From: Thelocarpon superellum
Lineage: Eukaryota
Length of the DNA stretch: 53,124 nt
NCBI GenBank assembly: GCA_026025795.1
Contig: JAPEUG010000082.1
Coordinates: forward strand, 1-53,124
Direction of reading: 5' to 3'
Shown here: piece after piece, positions 37,195 to 50,530 of the stretch
Position numbering within the stretch: position 1 is the stretch's first letter
How the letters are laid out: each line of letters opens with the position of its first letter
Notes under the pieces: model-generated
Told to the model about the DNA's origin: nothing
Databases searched by the model: none
The model's input: only the letters and a program-made list of their open reading frames with translations
Program-made: the position numbers and the translations under genes

Positions 37195-37716
37195 ATGGCC
37201 GATCCGTCCCGGCGGAACAAGAAGCCTCGATTGCTCACCGAGGCCGAGCGAGATCGCCTCGAGGAGTTTATCGACTCGATTCATTATTCCCCGCGGTGAG
37301 CACTCCTCCCACCCCACACGCGTCTGTTGCCGTCTCGCGTACTGATGCGCTCCGGGTAGATATTCAGACGACGAGTATGAATACCGCCATGTCCAGCTGC
37401 CCAAGAACATGCTCAAGGCTATCCCGAAGGACTACTTTGACTCATCGCGGGGCACGTTGATGCTCCTCTGGGAAGAAGAGTGGCGAGGTTTGGGCATCAC
37501 CCAGGTTGGTGTGCCGACCAGTAGTCACGTCGAGCTTTCGCTGACAACGGGTGGACAGAGTCTTGGTTGGGAGCACTACGAAGTACACGAACCAGAACCG
37601 CACATTCTCCTCTTCAAGTACGTCGAATCCGAGCTCCAGTCGAGAGGTTCCGTTTGACTTTAGGTCTCTCCTATAGGCGCCCGATAAACTACCAACCGCC
37701 GGCCGTCGCTGGTTGA
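37195..37716 (+). CDS. CKS1: Cyclin-dependent kinase regulatory subunit
   Basis: [54 protein letters not shown]; three introns. Confidence 0.96.
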
Positions 37717-37976
37717 TCGCATGACCAATACGTTTCTCCCACGGTCGATGATTACGCCTTGTCACGGTCTGTGGATCTCGAATGCACGTGGGGGCCTGGC
37801 GTGTGGTCATTGGCGCGGAAATCTCTTTGATTTTCTCCTGTACTTCTCCTCTCACTGTGAGGCGCTGTGGCGGGATGTTTGCCGTTTTCTGCATCTAGAA
37901 GATCCAGGCGAGAATCAACCGGGGTATTCAGCATCTATGTCCGATGATCGTTAGTGATGCACCTCTCTGACGAGTA

Positions 37977-39167
37977 TTAGAGACCGAAGAGACTCCGTGG
38001 AGCGTCGAGTCGGCTCCGCAAAGGGATGTTGGTCACGACATTTCCAATCTTGACGTTGATAGATTCAAAGCGCATGTCCACCGTCGTTTCAAGCTGCGTT
38101 AGAATGCTGCAGACCTTGGGATCTCGGGTGGATGCCTTCGAGGATGCCGTAGGCGCCTCGAGACTCCATCCAACGCTCACGTGAAGATGTGCGGGTAAGT
38201 CCGCTGGGGCCTGGTCATTCATGGACGAGTCCGCGGGTGAAATTTCGTCCCATCGCTGCGCCGCATGGTATTTGCTCTTATCTCGAACTCGTGGACGAGA
38301 GGCCAGTTTCGGCGAACTTGATTTCGCGCATAGAGGCGCCTGACCGAAAGCTGTTACAGCGGCATTGCACATATCGAGTACGCGGCTCAGTGCGTCGTCC
38401 CTGGCTGTAGCGAGGCGTAACACCAAGAACCAGCGGCTTTGCTCTTCATTCGATACCCAGTCGAGGGACGTGATGGACGTTTCAAAGCTTGGGTACCGTT
38501 AGCCCGTCCTCAAGTAGGAAGCAGGGGTGGGATAGAGGCACCTACGGATCGACGCCTGCGGACTTGATCGATACCTCGAGGAGTTCCAACAATGGTTGGC
38601 GCTGATCTGTGATCAAAACCAATGGACGGGATAGACTGATGTGAAGTGGTGCGGGTGCGCCCAATTCACTCTCCAGCAGAGTGTGCGTAGCAGCAGCTCC
38701 AGGAGCGGCAGAACCGTCGATTATCGATATCAGTTGAGAAAGCAATTCCCTTTCTATCTCAGAGGGATGCCCTCGTGTACGTGTCAGCGCGTCCGTCCGC
38801 GAGTAAGTCACCAGCCTCTGGCGAGAAGGAACTCACACTCGAGGTAGATATGCGTTGGCCAATGTCCCTCCACGTGCGGTAAGATTCTCTTTCGGCCTCC
38901 ATGCAACGCCGGATCATCACTGGTGCTTTTCCGCGCTCCCGCTACGTACATGTTATGGAACTTGGTGGGTAGAGGAGGCAAGGCAGGAGGAGATAATGTA
39001 GCACGGTCCAAATGAACGGCATGTGCGTCTCCCACTTGGGCCCTTTTACGCTTCTGACCCAAGGTGCTTCCGTCGAATGAAGCGTCTGGCGTCGATGGTA
39101 GCGGTGCCGGTCCACCTTTGAGAGGTTCGCTGTCCGATTCGGAGTCGGAGTAGTCGACCAACGCCAT
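37977..39167 (-). CDS. USB1: U6 snRNA phosphodiesterase Usb1
   Basis: MALVDYSDSES, HGGRKRILPHVEGHWPTHIYLE, 2H motifs LHISLSRP and LHVSVGW, VKIGN. Confidence 0.9.
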
Positions 39168-40200
39168 CCTCGCTCGGACAGAGATAGTTGTCCGACGTGT
39201 ATGATGTGCTTAGACTTCCAAACGTAGGAGTGCCTTGGCGTCTCGAAATTGAGTCTCTCGTGTGGCATGCATACTTATTGCCTGCACCCTTGAGGTGCTC
39301 CCTCTTTGAATTAAGACCATGACTATCTCTTGGCGCGTTACATTCTCTGCAGACTTCCATGCCCAATGGACAATGACCATACTACGGGAGATCTTTCTCA
39401 TCAGCGAACACCTCATCGACGATCGTACTCCGCCGAATGCAGGGAAAATTGCGCCAGGAAGGTGTGCTTCGTCTCCTGCAAGCCCGGAGCCTTTGATCGT
39501 CGCTCGGGTAAGGCGAGTGAGGGCAGGGGCCGCGCTTTGGCGGTATATGGACAGGTCAGCATTCTCGCCAGATCGAGCGACAAAAGGAAGCACTTCTTAA
39601 TATTATATTACAATATATCCGCCGTCGGAGGAGCTGCAAGATGTTTCTTTGGACCAGCACTTATGAATTAGTACCCTTACTCATACTTGAGCGCGTCTGG
39701 AGGAACGACGCGTACGTCTCTCGTACTCGCTGACGCTCATTCTATGCAGGATCGCGTTTACTCGGCCCTTTGGCGAGGGTTTGCGAGGAAGCGAGTCGAG
39801 TCGAGCAATAGCCAAGTTCTACGGTATTGCGCCCTATGACGCAGTGCGGCGGGCAACGGGCGCTAACAGCCAATTGGTTGCAAATCCCATGCAACCTAAT
39901 AATAGCAGGCCATGCCAGAGCCGGGTCAATGGAGGACCAGGAGGCTCGAAGCTCAGTAGCACACGTCAGAGGGGGGTGGGGGGGACATGAGGTAGAAAAT
40001 CGTACACGCACCCACCAGACTAGAGGCACGTCCGCCATAACTGACTGTCGATGCCCGACGGTTCAAATCCAAACCTCTACGAAAGATCTTCTACCTACAC
40101 CGACCTCCCAGCGCTGTCGGTTGTTTCATCATCTCCACGTCCGCATACCGTAGCCGTCTGAAACGTTAGAGCCCTCGGTGAGGTCACGACAACCGCCACC

Positions 40201-41397
40201 ATGTCTGAGGATAAGCAATGGGTAAGCCCCCTTCACCACCTTTCATCTATCGCCCAAGCCATCTTTCGAAACTTTTCATTGACCGGCCGCAGGCATCTAA
40301 ATATCTCCTTGACCCGCTGAACGCGCCGCAGCCTAGCGAAGAGACGGGGCCAGGCTCCAGCTTTATCACCCCGCCTGACCAGAAGGCCCGGCCTTCAAAT
40401 CGGCCGAGCTATCTGCAGCGGTCAAGCTCAGGTCCCCCACGAGGGTTGGGCGTCGACGTGAAGAACAAATATCCCACGCCGCCCACCTCGGCCAGCCCTC
40501 GCATGGAGCAGTTTCCGACAATGTCGGCTCACCACTCGCCGACCGGATCTCGCAGTGGCCAGCTGTCGCCTACCAGCCCAATCGGGGAGTCTTCTGGTCG
40601 TCGTCGGGGCAGCTCCCTGACGGCACGCTTCCCTGGGGATCAATCGCATCGTCCCCTGGACATCCTGAAGCATGATGCCAAGCTGGCGCAGCGCGCTCCA
40701 CACCTCCGGAAGAAACATCTTCCCGGCCCCGACACGATCGATGGCTTGGATACCACCGGGTTCGCCTACCATCACGAAGGACCGTATGACGCCACGTTAC
40801 TAGCCCGCAACACCTCGGGACCCATCAGTCCGGTAGCGGCGGTGAGGGGGACCAATGAAAAGGCCCTCAGAGCTACGCCAAGGGAGAAGATCCAAGACAG
40901 CTTGCAACGACACCGACCGTTGGACGGCGTGGCTGTTGTGCCTCCGGGCATGACAGACTTGTCAGGCCAGCGGATGGACTACGAGGAAGGAGCCGACCTG
41001 ATGATCGAGGCCGGCTACAAGCGCTGGCCCGGTGTGGTAAGTCTCTCTGCGAGAAGATAGTCTTGGGGCCGGGCTCATTATACACCAGACCTATCTTCCC
41101 GAAGACCTCAAGGGCAAGGGCGAGCCTTCCTTTTCCATCGAAAAGGCTTTGAAGGAGCATCAGCCAAACAGCCATCGACGTGTCGTATCGGAGGGAGACG
41201 GCGCGTACGAGATGGCATCTCGGGCGCGACCAGCGAGCGCCGGTGGCCATGGAGCCGAACAACATGGTCCCAAAATGAAGACCTACAATCAGTGGGAAAG
41301 CGACCTCCACCCCAACCAGGGTCACAGCCACAGCCACAGCCTATCAGGAGGGTTGAAGCGTCGCTTCAACAGTCTCCGACACCGGAAGGCCTCCTGA
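40201..41397 (+). CDS. PAL1: Pal1 cell-morphology/endocytosis protein
   Basis: MSEDKQW/ASKYLLDPLNAP, DTIDGLD..YHHEGPYDATLLARN, SPVAAV, GGLKRRFNSLR. Confidence 0.85.
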
Positions 41398-41699
41398 ATA
41401 TCATGAGGCAGGCCCTTGGTACCGAGGCCAGTGTCTCCGCGAAGACTATGTTGCAAACGTTTTATTTACATCCAAGTGGGCGTCGCACTGGCTTGGCTTG
41501 GAAAAGCCTCTCTACACAAGCACGCGAAGCAGGGGAGGCGAACAGGAACGGTTTCATTAGGACATTATTAAAATATTCAGTAGAAAGTATACAAGCGAGG
41601 ATATTTCATAGAGCTCAGTCCTCCGAGAGCACCGTCACCCATCCTACCCCGGGTCAAAGACCTACCATCTGCCTACCCGGGACACACGTCCTTCACCTT

Positions 41700-43490
41700 T
41701 TGCTCTACTTGAACATGACCCCACCGCTGGCCCTACCAAAGTAGAGGAGAATGGTTGCGTAGAGGGAGATTTCTCTCATATCGTCTCGTAAAATGCTGAG
41801 TTTCTTTCCCGCTCTGACCAACGCCCCCTGCCACACATGTAGGTGATGCCGAGGTCGATGCTTACCTGATCTGGGGTATATCGTTTTACATGTACTTGGA
41901 GCAACCGGAGGACATTGTGCCGAGCCAAGAGTGGCCGGGAGATATGACACACATTCCAAGAGCTGGTATGCATCCACAATGTGTAGGTCGAAGACACTCC
42001 CCGCTCACGGGAGATGAAACGTTTCACCGCTCGAGAAGGTGGTGTCGCCGTCCGCCACGACGACGACGACTCCTGCAAGTAATTCGCCTGCTGTATAAAC
42101 TGTACCACTCGTTAGACGCCGACTGAGCGTGACGTGGAAATGGTCTCGATTGAACGCGTACCGGCTCCTGCGCCATTGGCTAGAGGAGGCGTGAATTGAA
42201 AAGGCGACATGAAGGAGGTGACGGCCTCTGCGATACCCCCTGATTTCTGCGTTGTCACGCACAGGTCGATCAAGTCTTGCGCGACGGACTTGATCATGCC
42301 CGTCGTGATGTTCAAGACGTCGGCGGCTTGGAGTCGTGCGGTGATGGTGCATCCGTCTAATCCGATGCTGCTTTAGCTTTCGTCTCCTCCATTGCTCCAT
42401 CTGCGGACGTGGTCAACTTACCGGACTTCTCCAGCATCGTGTTCGTCGGCGTTAGCTGTAGTGGCTGGTCGTCGGGCACTTGGTACAGCAGTGCCTGACA
42501 TGCACCGTCTCGAGGCGTCCCGAATTTGCTCGCGCCGCACCGGTGGTGCAAGAGCGCTTTTTTGGACGAACGATGTGGTCGTTTCCGAGTGCCCCATCTG
42601 CCCTTGGAAAGCCTCTTCAACTGCTCCCATAACAATATCAAACTATTTCCCTCCTGTCTCATTTCATCCGCTTTGCCTAATTCGTCGCCGAGATCTTCCA
42701 GATCCTGGGCCACATCCCGCAGCACTACTGGCTGCTGAAGTCCATAATCATAGCTCTGCTTGTCTGCAGTGGTGACAGATACGCTCAGGAAGGCGCCCCA
42801 TACTTTGACGAGAGTCAGCTATTTCGGGGTGTAGTCGGACGTTCTATGGCAAAGAGGCGGCTCACCGCTAATGGAAATCGGATCCACATCTCGGAGTTGA
42901 TTCTCGATCGAAGCGTTGCGGCCCACTGTTGCGAAGCCCCCCATGTTCCTTGTATCAACACACTGCTGCTTGATCCACCCGACGGCTTCGCGGAGATGCT
43001 CCGGTGCCGCTACGAAGATGTCTCTGGTATCTGTGGCTCGACCCACAGGTCTGACGGTGATGACCACCTTCCCTCCATCTGTGCAGCGGATTGTCAGCCC
43101 CTGCTCGGAACTCACCATGACACGATATCTGAAGACATGGAAAATACCTGATGTGTACGTTAGAGGAAGCCAATGAAATGACTGTCCCTCTCCAAATTGC
43201 TCCCGAACCATCGCCCGTTCGTCCGCGTGAAAGATCAGAGGCATATAAAACGCCTGTTCTCGGCTAGTATCGATCTTGGCCGCGGCGGACTCCACGTCGG
43301 CCGAGGCAATCTCGTAGCCAAAGATGGCGCCACAATAGACCTTCTCACCGGGGGCAACATCGGTCAGAGGTAAGTCGGCTAGCACGCCGGGAAGTAAGAG
43401 TAGAAGCCATGCAGCACATGTGAGGCCGCGCTGGAGCACGTTGACGCCATTGAACGGCTGCGCGCCGCAGTGACGGAAGGAAAGCAGCAT
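41700..43490 (-). CDS. Multi-exon secreted protein with two related Cys-containing modules; 3' end uncertain (~41700-42112)
   Basis: Hydrophobic leader WLLLLLPGVLA. Modules end in REAVGWIKQQCV..GGFA and KSVAQDLIDLCV..GGIA. Several GT-AG introns. Confidence 0.55.
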
Positions 43491-44328
43491 GGCCACCGCG
43501 CAGATGGTGCAGCGGCAAGAAGCTGACGCTGCAAGCCATCCAATGGTGGCGGCTGAGGTAATTTATGTTTCCCATGCCGACGTGGTGTTCTCGTCGACAG
43601 GAACGTGAGAGTTCATCAGGGCGAGCACTAAGATCCTTCTTTGCGTCCCTCGACATGTGGCAATGCCCTGGTAAGTCTCAGTTCCTGGAACCGCCAGCCG
43701 CCGTTTTGGCGGTCATGCTTCATCGTGCTGACGGCCACAATTATTGCGGAACTCGCCAAGCTATTGGCAGGTTGATTTGGAATGACCGTTTCTCATCGAC
43801 TCGATCCTTTCACACCGCCCACTGTGGAGGAGATCCATGCCATAGACGTGCCTGTACAGTAAGATACCTGCCTAAGCGAGCAATGGGACTGCGTGTCCCT
43901 GCGATGGCTTCGTGCGTCGCGAAGGCTTGATCGAATTTCTGCGTCGACCAGTGCCACGTTGCTCACAATGTACAGGTGCGAGCGTCGAGCAGACGACGAC
44001 CCCACCAAAAAACGGACGGCGTGAATCATCCAGGAATAGGTTCTGTCGATCGCCATTCTCGTTGACGTGCTGACTTGTACTGACCATGTCTCCCAAACGA
44101 GTCCCGTCTATTGGGCGTCAACCCTCCCGATCACGTCCTGGTTTACGGTATTTGGCGTACAGTATTCCCAACCCGCATCCTTCGCGCGTCTACACGTCCC
44201 GTCTCACCACCTGATCGAATCATTGATTGATGATACACGCTGAATCACTCTGGCTCAGCACCGTTGCAAACACACAGACCGGCCTTGAGGAATCGACTCG
44301 CGAGAAAAATAGCCGCTATGGGCGTAAC

Positions 44329-45978
44329 TCACGACTTTCCCCCATCGTTGGTCTTACAGCACTGGCTTCCATCAGCGCAGTCGTCACCGCATTGCAACAT
44401 GCACGATGGTTCGCGACCACGCAGACTCCCGGCGGCGCTGGAGGATTGACTGACGTGGCCGTCACAGTCAGGTATCATGGCGGGATCCGGCACGAACTCG
44501 GGTTGAATGGTGGACGAGTGGATGCCGTATTCATGCAGACAGCGCCGGACGCTGCGTACCAAGGCCATGTATCGCGCCGAACCTTCACTCTTAAGATCCG
44601 AGTTCACCTTGATGTGCAAGGAGGCGACGACCTTGGTGTCGCTAAGCTGCCAGACATGGAAGTGATGGGCGTCGATGATGCCCGGAATCTGTCGGATGTC
44701 ATGACTGATATCGAGGATGTCGATGCCAGGGGGAGTCCCTTGCAGTAGGATGCGTGCGGCCGCCTTGCACAAGGGAATGGCCGAGCCGAGGATGAGGATG
44801 GTGATGATCAGGGAGACCAGCGGGTCCGAGTAGTATCGCCACCAGAACGGCGTCAGCCAGATGAATAAGCCCGACGCGATGACGCCCACGTTCCCCAGCG
44901 CATCTCCCATCACGTGGAGGAAGAGGCCCTGCATGTTGAGATCTCCATGGCCATGACTGTGCTTGCTTGACGCCTTGGCAGCGTGCCGATGCCCCGCGTG
45001 AGATCCTCTATGGGTGGCAATGCTCCCATGTGGCGTTTGAGATCCATTGGTATTCTGCTTGTTGAGCAACGGCGAGTCCTCGGACGGCGCCTCCTCCGCA
45101 GTCGATTCCTCTTCTTCCGACTCGGTGACGTCGGCAGACGCAATGTCTTCCAGTCGACTCGCGTCGATGATGCCCCGGCGCAGGCTAGCCGGGTGGATGT
45201 TATCGTCGTTGATGGATAAAAATCGTGATCGAGATCCACTCGAGCGTCGGTTGTGCCGAAGCCGATCGTAACTGTTTCTCCGTGGTGACTCCATCGGATT
45301 GGCTCCCGCGGGCGCGTCGTCTTGGCCGGTCTTGAAGGTGCGAATATTCACTTTCGTCGATGTCTCCACGGCCTCCTCCGCGGCCCGGCTGTCTACGTGG
45401 AGCGCCGGGGGCCCGTCCCGGAGCGAACCCTCTTCCGCTGCAGTGACAGCATCTGGCGCGTGGGAATGAGCATGGCCGTGATCGTGGAAGAGGAACAGGC
45501 CAACGAAGTTCGAGAGGAGACCGCAACCGCCGACGACGATGACCAGGATAGGATCGGAGACCTCCTGTGGTTCGACGAAGCGGTGGATGGCATCGAGGAA
45601 GATGGACAAGCAGAGCGCCACCAGAAAGACGCCGTTGATCAGCCCGCCCAAGGTCTCGGCACGTTGCCACTGTCATCCGTCAGCCACGTAGCATCACAGA
45701 GACAGGAATGTTTACATACGCCGTATGTAAAATTGGGCGAGCATTCTTGCTTAGCCACGTGCACAGCCCATAGGGCGATTGCCAAGGAGATAATGTCGTT
45801 GAGCTGCGACGGGGTCAGTCCGGTGGTGAAACCAAGTCGCCGCGCACCAGTCACTTACCATGTGAAAGCTATCGGCCACGAGCGCGAGTGAGTGCACCGC
45901 ATATCCAACCACAATTTCGACCACGAAGAAGACGATATCAAGGGCAAGGAGCACCTTGATCCGGGTCGACTTCTTCAT
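44329..45978 (-). CDS. ZRC1: Vacuolar zinc/cobalt CDF transporter
   Basis: SLALVADSFHM/LND, TYG/WQRAETLGGLINGVFL, His-rich loop, LNMQGLFLHVMGDALGNVGV, HHFHVWQLS, YGIHSSTIQPEF. Confidence 0.93.
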
Positions 45979-46481
45979 CGTGACGCAGGACAGGAGGTAT
46001 GGTTGATGAGGGTGACTTTGACGTGAGCTTACTTGGAGAGGGAATGGAATAGGTGCAAGGCTTCATGGACCCATCTCATCCACGAGCAAGTCGTGCGGGG
46101 AACGACGCAGACCGGCACGAGGTGTTGTCTGGTTCCGCCTCAAGATGAGTTTGATTTCGACCATACGCCTGCTGAAGGAGTGATGACAGAGGAAGGCGTG
46201 CAAGGACTCCTTGAGCTTTGTAGTCGTTGCGAGGGTTCCCCAGCATTCCGTGCTTGTCGAACAACGTAAGGTATACCACGATTTGCCTCCAAGCGCCGCT
46301 GGGGTCCGGCCGGGGCCGTGGCCGGGGCCGGGCACCGACAATGGATTGCGCGAGATGAGTAAGCGGATGCGTCGCACGCCACAGTCCGCGGTCCCTTACG
46401 TCAAACCGAGCGAACTCTATCGGCCTGCAGTACCGCGATAGTCGCGGGCGCCACAGTCAGGCTGTCACGGCCAGAGTCCCA

Positions 46482-46512
46482 GTGACGGTCACGGTCACGG
46501 TCACGGTCACGG
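46482..46512. repeat. (CACGGT)n hexamer microsatellite in the ZRC1/ATG14 divergent intergenic region
   Basis: About five copies are visible. Confidence 0.8.
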
Positions 46513-46771
46513 GATTGGATGGTTGTCACGTCTCCCGTCTCGACGTGCCTGCCTACCCAGCAAACGTAAGAGACGCCGCGTGCTCTTGCAAGCACCTCTG
46601 GGCCTGAGATTCTCAACGGCAGCTGCAGGGACAGCTTGAGCCGGGAATCAACATGTGGACATCGCTTGACCACGGCAGGTAGCCATGAATGCTTCTTCCC
46701 TGCTGCCTTGAGCTGCCCGGTTCCCCTCATGACTCGCCTCAACGCCCTCTACCATCCTGTACCCGGGCACG

Positions 46772-48468
46772 ATGCAATGTGCCATCTGCTCACGAACCGG
46801 CGGACCCAAACTTCCCTGTCACTGCGTCGCATGTGCCCGACAACTGCTCTATGAGCCACGGGTCGAGTCGGCCACCGTGCTCCTTCAACGAGATGCGCTG
46901 GCCCACGAGCTGAACCGAGCTACAGGTGATGGTGGCGACGATGAAGATGATGGTAACGATGGCGGTGATGCTCCAACCGACGCATCGCCGCACAAGGGTA
47001 CGACTCGACCCGCCAACCAGCATACCTTCGCGCGAGACCGGGCCAACGTCGAGACGTCGGAAGCGCGCACCCGGGAGATCAAGGCCCAGTCGGCGATACT
47101 GCGGCAAGAGATCGAGGCGGGGAAGGCGGAGATGACCCGGCTTCGATCGACCCTCGCTCGGCGTCGTTCCGACCACGCCTCGGCCACGCATGATCTTCCT
47201 GCTCGGCGAGCCACGACGCTCGGCACGGTCGAGCGAAGTATTCAACGAACAAAGGGTCGTGCGGTGCAACAACATCAAAAGATGGCCGAGTCTCGCGTCT
47301 TCCTCTGCCGTGAAGCAGCTTTCTTATATGGGCTCCGGCAGCGCCGGCGGAGGAAGAACGGTGCCATCCGTGAAGATTACTTGATCGGCGGGGTGGCCAT
47401 CGTCGACCTCCGAGATCTGAACAGTACGTGCATAGAACATCGCTGCCGTCCCCCACCGCTGCTGACCGCCCCACAGACGCACCGCCTGCCCAGATCACCA
47501 CGTCACTGACGCATCTCGCCCACCTGCTTGTCCTGACCTCCCACTATCTCTCCCTTCAACTGCCCGCGGAGATCACCCTCCCGCACCGGGACTATCCGCT
47601 CCCCACCATCTTCACCCCGGCATCATCGTACACCTCTCGCCCCGTCCCATTCCCCGGAGCGACACCGTCACATTCTTCCACCCACAGCCCGAGTGCCTCC
47701 CGCACCGGCGACCTTCGTCCATTGCCTCGACCTCGCCCCCTTTATCTGGAGAAAGCACTCCCGGCGCTCGCCAAAGACGATCCTGGCACCTATTCGCTCT
47801 TCGTCGAAGGCGTGACATTGCTCGCCTGGGACATTACCTGGGTCTGCCGCACTCAAGGTCTACACGTCGCCTCGCACTCGTGGGAAGAAGTCTGTCCGCT
47901 CGGTCGTAATCTGTGGCAGCTCCTGGGTGCGTCCGCCCGCCCACGGATCAAAGCCGGCGCCGCTCCTTCGCACGTGGCGCGCCCATCCTCCCCTTCGCCA
48001 TCGCCATCGCCGACCACAGCCACCTCGCCGACAAGATCCAGCCTCCCCCCGGGCCACTCCCTGCTTGGTCATTATTCACACGGCACGGCACACGCGTTCC
48101 TGGGCGCCGCGGAAGGCGTCGAGCACATGCGGGGCTGGAAGCTACGCAGTCCGACCCAGATTGCCGACAAGGTGAAAGCACTGCTGCAAAGTGAGATGGC
48201 TGGGGCCGAGTGGGAGATGTTGGAAGAGCGCGAATGGGATGAGTTCAGACCAGACGGTGCCACTGATGCGGCCGTCATCTCCACCACCAGCGGCCCTTCA
48301 AACGCTCCTCTCCCCCCCGCCGACGACGCCCCCGGAGACGATGAGGGGCGAGGTGGCACATTTAGCGATGGCGGTGGCAGCGGCGGCAACAGTACCCCGA
48401 CCGGTGCCAAGGGTTCGAACACTCGAACCGGCACCAGCGGCTGGACCAAGCTGAGGCCTCGCCAATAG
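46772..48468 (+). CDS. ATG14: Atg14/UVRAG-family PI3K complex subunit
   Basis: N-terminal CxxC..CxxC, coiled coil, RVFLCREAAFLYGL, YLSLQLPAEITLPH, FVEGVTLLAWDITW; one intron ~47424-47475. Confidence 0.85.
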
Positions 48469-49270
48469 CACCCTGCCTCCGAGAGGACGAATGCTGAGTG
48501 GATCCCACGTCGATTTGATTGCCAGCGATTGCGTTTAGTGTACCTTGCACATGCACAGGAGATGGTGAGGGCGAGCAGAGCTTCCGATGCATGCATCTAG
48601 AAGGATATCTCGAGGTTGGCGGGCTTCGCGTCACTTTATCGGCGCATAGATTACTTGGCAGCAATGAGCCGATCGGCGAGGTTGACTTTTCTCACGCTGC
48701 GATTAACAGAAAGCAGAATGGGTCTGAGACTCTGACGTTCCTAATACATTGACTCTGCCTAAGTCGCTCTACTCAGCTAGATGGCCACCCCCCTCCACTC
48801 TTCTTCGGCTCTGATCCGCAGCATTTTCGGATATCGAAGGTATATGCGAGCCGAAGACGTGCCACGGAGAGCTCAGAGGGAAGCCAGATGGCGATCGCAG
48901 CGCTGATCTATGAAAGAGAACCCGCCTCCAAGTCAGCGTCGTCGTCCCTTGCACAAACGGTTGAGAGTGTCAAGTAACGTGGAAGATAGAAGGACCATCA
49001 GAGAGAAGATTGTGTGTTCGTCCTGGCCGCCACATTTGGCTGTGGCGGCTACGACTAAGGATGACGATACTGTTGATTTTCCTCATGCGGACCAGGACCC
49101 GCGGGTAGTGAGAAGAAGATGAGAGTGATTGCTTGCCTGGGTGTATCGCTCAGAGCTTCTGGCTGCCACCATGTCTTCGGTGGATGATGATGTGGATCCG
49201 GCGATGGCCGATGTGACGACGCGGGTATCGAGATGGGACGCGGCGGACGAGACGAGGCGGGGTTGACTTC

Positions 49271-50089
49271 TCAGCCGCCGATCTTCGGCCACTGGAATTC
49301 CCTTGACCGAGTGTAGCGAGGAGTCGGGTATCGGGTGCTCGTGTTCTCAGGCCCCGTATCCACGTCTCCGTAGAAGACTCGTTCCCGTCGTTGTAGGAGT
49401 TCGGGTTGTTGCTCCTTACGTCTCCCGTGCCCGCCGCCGCCGGATTGTCCGTCGTAGTCAAGGTCATCGTGAGGATCTCCCGGAGTACCAGACTGCCGCT
49501 GATTGGCGAGCTCGGTTTTCTCGTGCTGCAAGAAGCGCTCGTATTCCGCATCGTCATCAGCGTCTTCGACGTCGTCGTCCTTGTTGTCTGCCTCGGCTTC
49601 GTCGTCATTCAACATCGCCGACTCTCTCTGTGCGCTGTCACCATCACTCTCCAGCCCTTCAAGGAAACCACCGGCCACAAGACCGGCGCTCTCTTCCCTC
49701 TCGCGTCTCAGCTGTCGCTGACGAAGCAAGGCGTGGATCTCGGAGTGCCGGAACATGGCCACTTGTTCGTCCGTCAGCGTCCGCTTGACGCCGTCCGCAT
49801 AGTATCCCAGGCCGTCATCATCTTCGCCATCAATCTCCGCCCACCCATTCCGCACTTTCGCTTTCCAACTCGTGTCTGCACCTGTACCATCGTGTGGGGT
49901 CACCGGCTGAGCTGGAAGAAAGGCCGCGCCGAATCTGGACGTCGCGTCGCCGGCCAAATGCGTGTTGTAGAATGCGAAAAGGTCTTGCTGGAAGGGAAGT
50001 CAGCGGTGCCTGTCGCCAACGTACATCTGCGCCGTTCTTACCTCGGTCACGGTGGGTAGATTCAACGGTATAGCTGAAGTTTGCGTCAT
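49271..50089 (-). CDS. DUF3807-family protein
   Basis: DDDGLGYYADGVKRTLTDEQVAMFRHSEIHALLR signature. Upstream exon MTQTSAIPLNLPTVTE. Confidence 0.8.
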
Positions 50090-50530
50090 GAGCCAATCGA
50101 TGATCCGGATTGAGGCCCAAGTAGCCGGAGGATTAACTTGGAGTGGACGAAGGAATAAATAATTTAAACTGGCAGCTGTAGAAAATTTGTCTGCCTCTTT
50201 ACTTTTCTCGACTCGGTTACTGATTTGCGTTGAGTATTCCCAAACCTCTCGTTCGTTCATGATAGTGGAAATTTCAGGTTTACTACACAGGTAGACCTGG
50301 CGAACGAAGATTGACGTTCCTCCTACAATAGTGCATGCAGATTGGTTTAGCCCGTGAACGAGAAAGTGAGCAAGACGGTGCTCCACGAAGTGACAATTGA
50401 CATTCTCAATTGCGACCTCTAGGATATAATGAGAGGATCACGACGCAGCAATCCCCACCCCCCCCGGCGCTCGATGTCACTGGACGAAGTAAATGCTCAT
50501 ACACCCGCTCCACGCTATGGATGTCTGACT

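Noticed and set aside
49171..49266. 31-codon plus-strand ORF with GCCACCATG context
   Set aside because: It lies in the probable 3' UTR of the convergent DUF3807 gene, with no homology or other support.
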